Of a DNA stretch of 32,000 nt, positions 7,071-14,424 are shown piece by piece; positions within the stretch are counted from its first letter, which is position 1, and each line of letters opens with the position of its first letter. Position numbers and translations under genes: made by a program. The notes beneath the pieces were generated by a model. That model saw only the letters and a program-made list of their open reading frames with translations, made no database searches and was not told the DNA's origin. The stretch comes from an uncultured bacterium. GTDB taxonomy: Bacteria > GCA-001730085. Location of the stretch: contig CAZMGY010000010.1 in the NCBI GenBank assembly GCA_964565945.1, forward strand, positions 1-32,000. The letters are read 5' to 3'.

Positions 7071-7780
7071 GGGCGAGTTCTGGAGGCGGCGTAGTCCTTG
7101 GCTTTGGCATAGTCATCGGGGTGGGTAACTTTAAAGTTATCTAAACTACCTTCAAACAAGTGAACCGTATATCCTAAACGATGAATTAAGAGGGCATCAT
7201 CGCTAGTGTCGGTGATGCTCTGTGTTTGGGCTTGTTGATGAGCTTGCCAAATCAGATCAAATTGAAAACATTGAGGCGTTTGCACAGCGACAAGTTCGTC
7301 GCGCTTCAGGGCTTCTGCGATTGTTGCGCCCTGTTGGCGCACAATGGTGTCGGTGACAGGAACGGATGGTTCGGCCGCGCCATGTTTGTGAGCTAGATCT
7401 AAGCCTTGCGAAATCATATCTTGAGAGATAAAGGGTCGTGCCGCGTCGTGAATGGCCACAAGTGCAATATCGTTATCCAGGTGATGCAATGCTTGTAAAC
7501 TGTTGAACGAAGAATGTTGGCGTGTGGTGCCTCCAATTACCACCTGCAAAGGTCGGCTTAAAGGAATGGCACGCAAAAGATCAATATAAGGCGATTCTTC
7601 GCCGTCGGCGATAGCGACCACCAGGTGTTGAATCCATGGGTGACGATCGAATTGTTGCAAACTGTGGGCAATTAAAGGTTGATCGCCCAAGGGTAAAAAT
7701 TGTTTCGGTTGATTGTAGTCTTGCATACGGCTGCTGGTTCCTCCGGCCAAAACAATGGCCCCACTCTTGGGGGCTATCAT
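7067..7780 (-). CDS. ispD: IspD-family cytidylyltransferase (2-C-methyl-D-erythritol 4-phosphate or related polyol-phosphate)
   Basis: Motifs AIVLAGGTSSRM, AIHDAARPF and VQTPQCF. The start is placed at ATG 7780, which forms an ATGA overlap with the HAD gene stop. The longer ORF to 7831 lies inside the HAD coding region. Confidence 0.85.
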   Translation of the reverse strand: MIAPKSGAIVLAGGTSSRMQDYNQPKQFLPLGDQPLIAHSLQQFDRHPWIQHLVVAIADGEESPYIDLLRAIPLSRPLQVVIGGTTRQHSSFNSLQALHHLDNDIALVAIHDAARPFISQDMISQGLDLAHKHGAAEPSVPVTDTIVRQQGATIAEALKRDELVAVQTPQCFQFDLIWQAHQQAQTQSITDTSDDALLIHRLGYTVHLFEGSLDNFKVTHPDDYAKAKDYAASRTRP

Positions 7781-8334
7781 GATATTGGCTCCTGAGGGAG
7801 GTCTTGCACATATACAAAAGAAACTTGACAAGCCTCGGCTGTTTGTTGGTCGGTGATTTTATCTCCCGAAAAAATTAAGCTGTTTGGTTGGATCGAAAAA
7901 TGATCCAGAATAATTTGAATCCCATCGGGGTGAGGTTTGAATTGTGCAATATCTTCGAAGGCTAAGGTGAGCGAAGGTTGTAAAGAGATGTCTTTAAGAA
8001 TACGTTCAATAGTGGAGGCACAGTTGTTGGACAAAATGGCCCAAGGTTGATCGGTTTGCAAGAGGTAATTCACCAAGGGCTGATTGTTGGTGAACGAACA
8101 GTTGTTCTCGTGTTTTTGCATAAGGATTTGAGCTTCTTGTTTTACCTCGGGGCCGTGTTTTTCGCTGGCAACATCAATCATTTGATGAATGGGGTAAGAG
8201 TCTCCATCGAATTGGTAGTTATTGCGAAGAAAGTTAAGCAAGTCTTGTCTGACCTGTCCCCAGTCTACATCCATCGTGACGATGGTGGAGTCGAAGTCAA
8301 ACGCTAAATAAGGGTATTGGTTTAAGATGTTCAT
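7777..8334 (-). CDS. HAD-superfamily phosphatase
   Basis: 185 aa with HAD motifs I DFDSTIV, II ILSNN, III KPHP and IV GDKITD. Confidence 0.85.
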   Translation of the reverse strand: MNILNQYPYLAFDFDSTIVTMDVDWGQVRQDLLNFLRNNYQFDGDSYPIHQMIDVASEKHGPEVKQEAQILMQKHENNCSFTNNQPLVNYLLQTDQPWAILSNNCASTIERILKDISLQPSLTLAFEDIAQFKPHPDGIQIILDHFSIQPNSLIFSGDKITDQQTAEACQVSFVYVQDLPQEPIS

Positions 8335-8345
8335 GGGCGTAGCCT

Positions 8346-8930
8346 TTATCGATTAGAAGTTTTGATATTTTGGAGGTGACGCGTTTTGATAACACTTGGG
8401 TCATCGAGCAGTCGAAATTGCACCGACGTTTTTTGAATGTTATGAATCAGCCAATCTTTCAAATGTGCCGATTGTTTAAGATACAGGCGGCGACCCGTCT
8501 GTTTGTTTTTAAGAATAACTAAAGGTGTGTTGGTGTGACTCCAAATAATACCATCAATATCGTACTGGTCCAAAGAGGTGTGTTGGTCAGCACGCTTTTG
8601 ACGTGCTTCCTCTAAGTGTTGCAGGTAAGATTTGGGTGATTGAGTGCGTTGCTGGTTCGCTTTGTTGATCCGTTCTTCTTGTGTTTCGGGCAATTGAAGG
8701 CACGTGGAGCGATAAAGCTTTTCGAGGTCATAGGGCATCTCTTTGGGTTTCGAGAGTTTATCGGTGAGGGATTGTGAAAGAATCAATTTGCTCAGTCGAC
8801 CTTGAATCGGTTCAACGGGGTACGATGCAAAGACAAAAACTCTTAGGGCTTGGATAATACAAAAGATACCCGTACTAAGGGCGAAGCCTTGAGCAATGCG
8901 TAGTAGCATGTGATCAGAGAGGTATTTCAT
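8346..8930 (-). CDS. Hypothetical N-terminally membrane-anchored protein
   Basis: 194 aa with one N-terminal hydrophobic helix. The C-terminal part (GIIWSHTNTPLVILKNKQTGRRLYLKQSAHLKDWLIHNIQKTSVQF) is faintly reminiscent of GspC/PilP-type beta domains. It has an ATGA overlap with the GT2 stop. Confidence 0.6.
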   Translation of the reverse strand: MKYLSDHMLLRIAQGFALSTGIFCIIQALRVFVFASYPVEPIQGRLSKLILSQSLTDKLSKPKEMPYDLEKLYRSTCLQLPETQEERINKANQQRTQSPKSYLQHLEEARQKRADQHTSLDQYDIDGIIWSHTNTPLVILKNKQTGRRLYLKQSAHLKDWLIHNIQKTSVQFRLLDDPSVIKTRHLQNIKTSNR

Positions 8931-9802
8931 AGGTTAGCGTTCCTCGACACTAAAGTTTGTAGCCATTTTTTTATAAGTGCAGCACTTGTGGCAAGGATCA
9001 GTCCTGCAACGATCATCGTTTTGGTTAAAAGGTTCATTTTGTTGGCGTAGTGTTTCTGAAAAAACAGATAAGCGGAATAATAAAAATGAAACGTGCTTTT
9101 CACCCAGCGCTTGGAACTACTTCCACGATGATGATGTGTAATCACGGCTTGAGGTTGATAAAACCCTCGCAAACCTTTTTGGCGAATGGTCAGGCATATA
9201 TCAAGGTCTTCGGCGTACATAAAATAACGTAGATCAAAGCCTTGGCCATAGGCTTCACGGCGAAAGAGCATGCATGAGCCAGAAATAGCCTCAACTTCGC
9301 TGGGTTGATCGGGATCCAGGTGGCCTAAATTGTATTGGGCAATGGTGGGATGTTTGGGGAAGAGTTTGCTAAGGCCAGAGATTTTAAAGAGTGCCGACTG
9401 GGGTGTGGGAATGCTGCGGCGACATGCGGCTTGAAACGAACCATCAGAATTTAAAATTTTGGGACCAATAAATCCAATAGACGGGTTTTCTTGAATTGTG
9501 TCTAACAAAACATTGAGTGTCTCAGAGGGTACTTCGGTATCGGGGTTCAAAATCAAAATGAAGGACCCTTTTGAGTGGCGAACGCCCAAATTATTGCCTT
9601 TCCCGTAGCCCCAGTTGTTAGGTTCTTGCCAGATAATAACATGTGAAAAATGTTGCTGAATGAGTGAGACGGTGTTGTCCTGGGAGTTATTATCGACCAC
9701 AATGATCTCGTGATCCAATGTTGCACACGCCGTGGATAGCGAAGACAAACATGGGATAATACGCTCTTCACTGTTCCACGTAACAATAATAACCGATAAC
9801 AT
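8927..9802 (-). CDS. Family 2 glycosyltransferase
   Basis: 291 aa with the GT2 N-terminus SVIIVTWNS...IIVVDNNSQDNT...ILNPDTEV and a C-terminal hydrophobic helix. Confidence 0.88.
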   Translation of the reverse strand: MLSVIIVTWNSEERIIPCLSSLSTACATLDHEIIVVDNNSQDNTVSLIQQHFSHVIIWQEPNNWGYGKGNNLGVRHSKGSFILILNPDTEVPSETLNVLLDTIQENPSIGFIGPKILNSDGSFQAACRRSIPTPQSALFKISGLSKLFPKHPTIAQYNLGHLDPDQPSEVEAISGSCMLFRREAYGQGFDLRYFMYAEDLDICLTIRQKGLRGFYQPQAVITHHHRGSSSKRWVKSTFHFYYSAYLFFQKHYANKMNLLTKTMIVAGLILATSAALIKKWLQTLVSRNANL

Positions 9803-9803
9803 T

Positions 9804-10910
9804 TTAAACCGCGGCTTTGGCTTTCGATTTATCTTTGGTTTGATAGGTGAAGCCAGGAAGCATCGAACTCATTTTTAACAAAACGGGAATGCTTCGTGGA
9901 ATGCAGTTGGTGCATATAGCCAAGTCATTTTTTTTCTTCTTGAACTTGGTGCGCAGATCCTGCATCTTTTGGCTATTCCAGACAGGTTCAAAGCCTTGTT
10001 CAAATACATTGCCTGCCGACCATGCTTCGTTACTATAGGTAGCGCAACAGGGCGATAGTTCACCTTTAACCGAAACAAAACATTGCAGCCAAGGTAAGAG
10101 GCAGACATCTTCGTTCATTTTGGAGTCATGCTCAACATAGAGTGATTCGTAGACCATGAAATCCCGAGCAATGTCTTTGAGGTTAGTTTTGATCTTGTAC
10201 TCTTCGGCTAAAGTAAGCCCTTTCTTAACGGCATTGAATAGCTCTTTGAAGTCCACATCGCGCCCGAGCAGTTCTTCGCGTTCTCCTTGAATCCCTTCGA
10301 CTTGAAGCGCACGAAAAAAGACTGTCGGGATATTGAGTGTTTTGGCAAGTGCGACGAGTTGAGGGATTTCGTGAAAATTGTCTTCAAGTATGACGAAGTC
10401 AAAACGTAACTCGGGGAAACGTGTATTACGTTCACGCTTTACGTCTTCGAGAACATTGATGCCTTCTACAATGTCGTCGAAATAGTCTTCGAGACGAACC
10501 TTCAAATAGGTTTCACGTGAAGCGGCATCAACTGAGATTTTTAAAACATTTAGCCCCGCATCAACCAACTTTTCGGATAATTTGCGACGGTTGAGCAAGG
10601 TGGCATTCGAGGGAATCATCACTTCGGTGTTGTGTTTGCGTGCATAGGTCACCATGTCGTAGAGTTCGGGGTTAAGCATGGGTTCGCCCACACCAGACAA
10701 GGTTAATTTCTTAGGAACCACTTGATCAAACACCTTTTTGAACTTATCAAACTTAAGGTGCATAGGGTTCTTAATGGTTTCGTTACGCACACACATTTTG
10801 CAAGCCAAGTTGCAGTGAGTGGTTGACTCGATCTGCATATAAAAAGGATTGGAGCACGTACTGGGTTTGGCTAATGCCTCGAGGGGCTTTTTAATATATG
10901 TCATATCCAT
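9804..10910 (-). CDS. Radical SAM enzyme with C-terminal SPASM-type Cys cluster
   Basis: CNLACKMC (CxxxCxxC) near the N-terminus. The C-terminal Cys-rich segment is CLLPWLQCFVSVKGELSPCC...CTNC. The start is placed at ATG 10910, with AAAGGAG 8 nt upstream. The ORF is open to GTG 10919. Confidence 0.88.
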   Translation of the reverse strand: MDMTYIKKPLEALAKPSTCSNPFYMQIESTTHCNLACKMCVRNETIKNPMHLKFDKFKKVFDQVVPKKLTLSGVGEPMLNPELYDMVTYARKHNTEVMIPSNATLLNRRKLSEKLVDAGLNVLKISVDAASRETYLKVRLEDYFDDIVEGINVLEDVKRERNTRFPELRFDFVILEDNFHEIPQLVALAKTLNIPTVFFRALQVEGIQGEREELLGRDVDFKELFNAVKKGLTLAEEYKIKTNLKDIARDFMVYESLYVEHDSKMNEDVCLLPWLQCFVSVKGELSPCCATYSNEAWSAGNVFEQGFEPVWNSQKMQDLRTKFKKKKNDLAICTNCIPRSIPVLLKMSSMLPGFTYQTKDKSKAKAAV

Positions 10911-10948
10911 TGCTGGCACTCCTTTCCTTAGTCATTAGATAACTAAGT

Positions 10949-10957
10949 ATTCTAGCA
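10949..10957 (-). promoter_or_regulatory. Candidate extended -10 (TGcTAGAAT) for the radical SAM operon
   Basis: The minus strand reads TGCTAGAAT about 40 nt upstream of ATG 10910. There is no convincing -35. Confidence 0.35.
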
Positions 10958-11043
10958 TAGACTGTTTTATTTGGCTTACAAATTTTTCACAAACTACGTA
11001 AGATTCATGATAAGCAAGCTAGAATATGACGCTTATTCAAATA

Positions 11044-11628
11044 TTAAAAGCTGTCGAATAATTGGTCGCGCTTGGATGCGGAGTCTTTTTTCAATGTTTC
11101 GTGCAAACTGGCACCCGTGGAGTCCATCGTAACCAATGCTGGAAAATCTTTGACCTCGATGAGCCACATGGCTTCAGGGGTGCCAAACTCATCAAGCATA
11201 TAGACATCTTTCACCTGAATCACATGTTTGGCCAGTAAGGGCGCGGCACCTCCAGTGGTATGCAAGTAAACGGCGCCGTGTTGTTTAAGAGCGACGAGGG
11301 TTTGGAGACCCATGCCACCTTTGCCGATCACGCCACGTACCTGGTAGTCAGCAATCACCTGATGCTGGTAAGGTTCTTCGCGAATGCTGGTGGTGGGACC
11401 CGCGGCAATAAAATGATAACCGTCTTCGTCTTTGCGAATTACTGGGCCACAATGATAAATAATGCTGTTTTTCAGCAAAGGCTTAAGAAACTCGGGTTTG
11501 TCTTCGACCATCAGTTTGTGCGCCGCATCGCGAGCGGTGAGCATGGTACCAGAAATGAGGACATTGTCACCAACTTTTAGCTTACGAATAGATTCTTCCT
11601 GAATGGGTAGAGCGAGAGACTTAGACAT
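11044..11628 (-). CDS. Fe-S hydro-lyase (class I fumarate hydratase/tartrate dehydratase family) beta subunit
   Basis: 194 aa (GTMLTARDAAHK, GPTTS, GKGG motifs). It overlaps the alpha subunit gene by 8 nt. Confidence 0.88.
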   Translation of the reverse strand: MSKSLALPIQEESIRKLKVGDNVLISGTMLTARDAAHKLMVEDKPEFLKPLLKNSIIYHCGPVIRKDEDGYHFIAAGPTTSIREEPYQHQVIADYQVRGVIGKGGMGLQTLVALKQHGAVYLHTTGGAAPLLAKHVIQVKDVYMLDEFGTPEAMWLIEVKDFPALVTMDSTGASLHETLKKDSASKRDQLFDSF

Positions 11629-12499
11629 AGGCCACTTTGTCTCCTAGAATGGTTAAAGTTCGTCTGCGAAACGTCCAGCACATGTAGGACACGCTCACAA
11701 AATAAGATGCGGGAATACGTGTTTGGGCACCAATCAAAACGCCCAACAAGGTGGTGTTTCCGCTGTAACCCATAGGCCCAATGCCTAATTGATTGGCTTT
11801 TTCGTAGAGCTCGGTTTCCATCTCTTGCAAAACAGGATTGGGATTTATGCTATCGAGGCGACGCAAAAATTGCTCTTTCGAAAGCAAATAGGAACTGGCA
11901 CGATCGCCACCAATACCAACACCCAAAATGCCTGGTGCGCATCCTTTGCCCTGGGCTTGATATGCTGCGTCCAAAATGCATTTTTTGATGCCTCTGATAT
12001 CGCGACCGGCCCCTATGCTTTTATCGGGGAGAGAATATTGAATACCGACATTTTCGCAACCACCTCCTTTGAGAACTAAGGTTGCCTCGAATGAAGAACC
12101 TTCCGTTTGCTCAATGTGAAAGAATGGTTGTCCTTCGCCCCAGTTGGCGGCTAAACTTTCTCCCGTGAGGGTTTCGACAGTGTTGGGTCGCAAATAGCTT
12201 TTTTGGGTGGCAAGCAACGTTGCTTCCTCGATCGCATTGATCACGTCTTTGTGTTTCACCGAGAAAGGGATTTTGAGAAAATAAATGTTGGTGCCAGTAT
12301 CTTGGCACATAGGCAGGGATTCGGCACGCGCCATTTCTAGGTTTTTGATAATGGTACCAAGGCATTGTTGCGCGGTTGAATCAGCTTCTTCGTTGGCATA
12401 ACCCTCACGAATTTTGCATTCGACATCGGCAGGCAGGTCGGTTGAGGCTCTTCGAATCAGTTCGACGAATGAGCTTACATACAGGTCTTTATTCATCAC
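11621..12499 (-). CDS. Fe-S hydro-lyase (class I fumarate hydratase/tartrate dehydratase family) alpha subunit
   Basis: 292 aa with PMCQDTG and GGGCEN motifs typical of the family. Confidence 0.88.
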   Translation of the reverse strand: MMNKDLYVSSFVELIRRASTDLPADVECKIREGYANEEADSTAQQCLGTIIKNLEMARAESLPMCQDTGTNIYFLKIPFSVKHKDVINAIEEATLLATQKSYLRPNTVETLTGESLAANWGEGQPFFHIEQTEGSSFEATLVLKGGGCENVGIQYSLPDKSIGAGRDIRGIKKCILDAAYQAQGKGCAPGILGVGIGGDRASSYLLSKEQFLRRLDSINPNPVLQEMETELYEKANQLGIGPMGYSGNTTLLGVLIGAQTRIPASYFVSVSYMCWTFRRRTLTILGDKVAYV

Positions 12500-12647
12500 G
12501 GATCCAGGTTACCATGTCCTGTGTGTCTGTGTCAATAGTTGGAATGTATAAAACAAATGCTTTATTTAAGATACTCACAACGGCTTAAGCCATTGTAGTC
12601 TGCTATTCAAATAGACAAATGGAGTCTTGTTAGGTAGGATGAGTCGG

Positions 12648-13280
12648 ATGAAAAAAGAAATGGCTATTCTTAAGGCTCTTAAGCAATACTATCCGACAAT
12701 TCGCATTGCGCTGAACTACAGCAACACCTGGGAATTATTGGTGGCAACCATTTTGTCGGCGCAGTGTACCGATAAACGCGTCAATATCATCATCAAAGAT
12801 TTGTTTCGCCTCTATCCCTTGATCGAAAACTATGTGACGATGCCTTTAGAACAGCTTGAAGATGCGATTCGCACCGCGGGTTTGTTTCGTTCCAAGGCTA
12901 AAAATATCAAAATTACGGCTGAGCGTATTTTGGAGCATTACGATGGTTGTGTGCCCGATACCATGGAGGATCTTTTAACTCTGGCTGGGGTTGCGCGCAA
13001 AACAGCTAATATTGTCCTTTATAACGGTTACGGAAAAAATGAGGGGATCGCCATTGATACGCATGTTCAACGTATTGTACAATTATTAGGACTGACTTCT
13101 TTTTCCGATCCGAAACATATTGAGCAAGATATGATGAATTTGTATCCGCGTAAGGAGTGGGGAGACTTGAATCATCGCTTGGTCCAGTATGGGCGAGATG
13201 TTTGTGTGGCGCGGCGCCCCAAGTGTGGTGAGTGTGTGTTGCAGAAGTATTGCGATAATTATCAACATAAGCAGGGGTAA
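12648..13280 (+). CDS. nth: Endonuclease III
   Basis: LSAQCTD, HhH LAGVARKTANIV, and the 4Fe-4S cluster CVARRPKCGECVLQKYC. The start is ambiguous (TTG 12627, ATG 12639, ATG 12648). 12648 fits homolog N-termini best. Confidence 0.92.
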   Translation: MKKEMAILKALKQYYPTIRIALNYSNTWELLVATILSAQCTDKRVNIIIKDLFRLYPLIENYVTMPLEQLEDAIRTAGLFRSKAKNIKITAERILEHYDGCVPDTMEDLLTLAGVARKTANIVLYNGYGKNEGIAIDTHVQRIVQLLGLTSFSDPKHIEQDMMNLYPRKEWGDLNHRLVQYGRDVCVARRPKCGECVLQKYCDNYQHKQG

Positions 13281-13295
13281 GGAGCGGATCAAACA

Positions 13296-13454
13296 ATGGG
13301 GGCTATCAGTGATTTATTGGTGTAATTGGGAGGCACTGACCATGTGTCGTCACAGGCGCTGGATGCTTTGGAAAAACTGGATGCCTGTTGTTATTTGTAT
13401 CATGCGAATACGCCCGAGAAAACCATTGATTTGATCAAGCAGTTGATCGCTTAA
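13296..13454 (+). pseudogene. Possible remnant of a tetrapyrrole-methylase-fold (RsmI/YabN-like) N-terminus with an in-frame TAA
   Basis: AAGGAG lies 11 nt upstream of ATG 13296. The 53-codon frame MGAISDLLV*LGGTDHVSSQALDALEKLDACCYLYHANTPEKTIDLIKQLIA is interrupted by TAA at 13323-13325. Its pattern resembles hhVGhGxG...hsxxAxxxLxxADxhhY. Confidence 0.25.
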
Positions 13455-13468
13455 AAGAGGGTGAATTG

Positions 13469-13909
13469 ATGAGGTGGACGTGTTGTTGTTTAATGATAGG
13501 GTTTGGGCTTTTAGCTCAGGGGATTGCGACGGCAAATACTCAACTGCCATGGCATGAAATACGCACTCAATCGCATACGTATTTGGTGCAGGTGGCCAAC
13601 TTCGACCAAGAACGTCAGCAAGGACTGATGGATCGAAAGTATCTTATGCCGCATCAGGGTATGTTGTTTGTATTCGATCAGCCAGGATACTACTCCTTCT
13701 GGATGAAAAACACCTTCTTATCTTTGGATTTTCTTTGGTTGGATTCTCATAAATGTGTGGTGCACATGATTGAACGTGCGACGCCACAGAGTATGGTTTT
13801 GATGACAACTCCTCAGGAAGCCCAATATGTGATTGAATTGTTGGCAGGGCAAATTCAGTCCAAAAATCTTAAACGTGGTGATATATGGCAGTGGGGAGAT
13901 GTGTCTTAA
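13469..13909 (+). CDS. DUF192-family protein with signal-like N-terminus
   Basis: GLMDRKYLMPHQGMLFVF...FWMKNTFLSLDFLWLD matches the DUF192 pattern. GAGG lies 8 nt before ATG 13469. Confidence 0.85.
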   Translation: MRWTCCCLMIGFGLLAQGIATANTQLPWHEIRTQSHTYLVQVANFDQERQQGLMDRKYLMPHQGMLFVFDQPGYYSFWMKNTFLSLDFLWLDSHKCVVHMIERATPQSMVLMTTPQEAQYVIELLAGQIQSKNLKRGDIWQWGDVS

Positions 13910-14094
13910 TGAATGGTTTGAGACAAAAGTGGGGCTTATGGCTGTGTGTGTTATGGGCGTGTTGCGAAGGTTTTATTTTTTTGTTGGCAGATTTTTTGGA
14001 AAGAACGGTGATGCTCCTTCAGGGGTATTGGAAAATGGGCTTTCAGTATAATTATGAAGTGAACGATAATATCTGGTCAAAGCCACTTTCTTGA
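13909..14094 (+). CDS. Doubtful 61-aa ORF with one hydrophobic helix
   Basis: The ATG overlaps the DUF192 stop (TAATG). It has a WGLWLCVLWACCEGFIFLLADFL segment and no recognisable family. It runs into the SRP RNA promoter. Confidence 0.25.
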   Translation: MNGLRQKWGLWLCVLWACCEGFIFLLADFLERTVMLLQGYWKMGFQYNYEVNDNIWSKPLS

Positions 14095-14102
14095 GATATA
14101 AT
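14074..14102 (+). promoter_or_regulatory. Candidate promoter of the SRP RNA gene (TGGTCA-N17-TATAAT)
   Basis: Consensus -10 at 14097-14102 lies 8-9 nt before the inferred RNA 5' end. The -35-like TGGTCA is at 14074-14079. Confidence 0.5.
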
Positions 14103-14110
14103 AACAGTTA

Positions 14111-14383
14111 AGAGTCGCACTAGACGGGGAAGTAGCGGGGCCCTGTAACCTGCAATCCGCTATAGCAGGGTTGAAGTCCCTCCAAAAGGATTTTTGTCTT
14201 TTTTTATGGGTTAGTAGCGGTGTTGAGGGGCAAGTCCTGGACAATAAAGGTTTATGAATTCCGTCAGGTCTGGAAAGAAGCAGCGGTTAATAGGCTCTAT
14301 TTATGTGTCTTTAGGATAGCTTGTTCTGAGTCGTTTGTTGATTTGTGGAAAAGCAACAGTTTGGCGGGGGGTGGGCGACTCCC
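14111..14383 (+). ncRNA. ffs: Signal recognition particle RNA, large (Bacillus-type, with Alu domain)
   Basis: The 5' part GACGGGGAAGTAGCGGGGCCCTGTAACCTGCAATCCGCTATAGCAGGGTTGAAGTCCCTCC closely parallels my recollection of the B. subtilis scRNA Alu domain. The helix 8 motif GTCAGGTCTGGAAAGAAGCAGCGG (14263-14286) has a GGAA loop. The closing helix is GAGTCGC (14112-14118) with GCGACTC (14375-14381). It sits upstream of dnaX as in Bacillus. Confidence 0.85.
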
Positions 14384-14424
14384 TAATCATGTGGTATTGA
14401 TCTTAAATCTGTGTGAGAGAGAAA

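Noticed and set aside
7123-7140. GGGTAAC...AGTTATC attC-like boxes
   Set aside because: They lie inside the conserved C-terminal coding region of ispD (NFKVTHP), so this is a coincidental match.
10948-11036. 9-bp inverted repeat TATTCTAGC / GCTAGAATA flanking 71 nt upstream of the radical SAM operon
   Set aside because: My rough estimate is that around ten 9-bp inverted repeats within 100 bp are expected by chance in 32 kb. One arm is already explained as a -10-like element.
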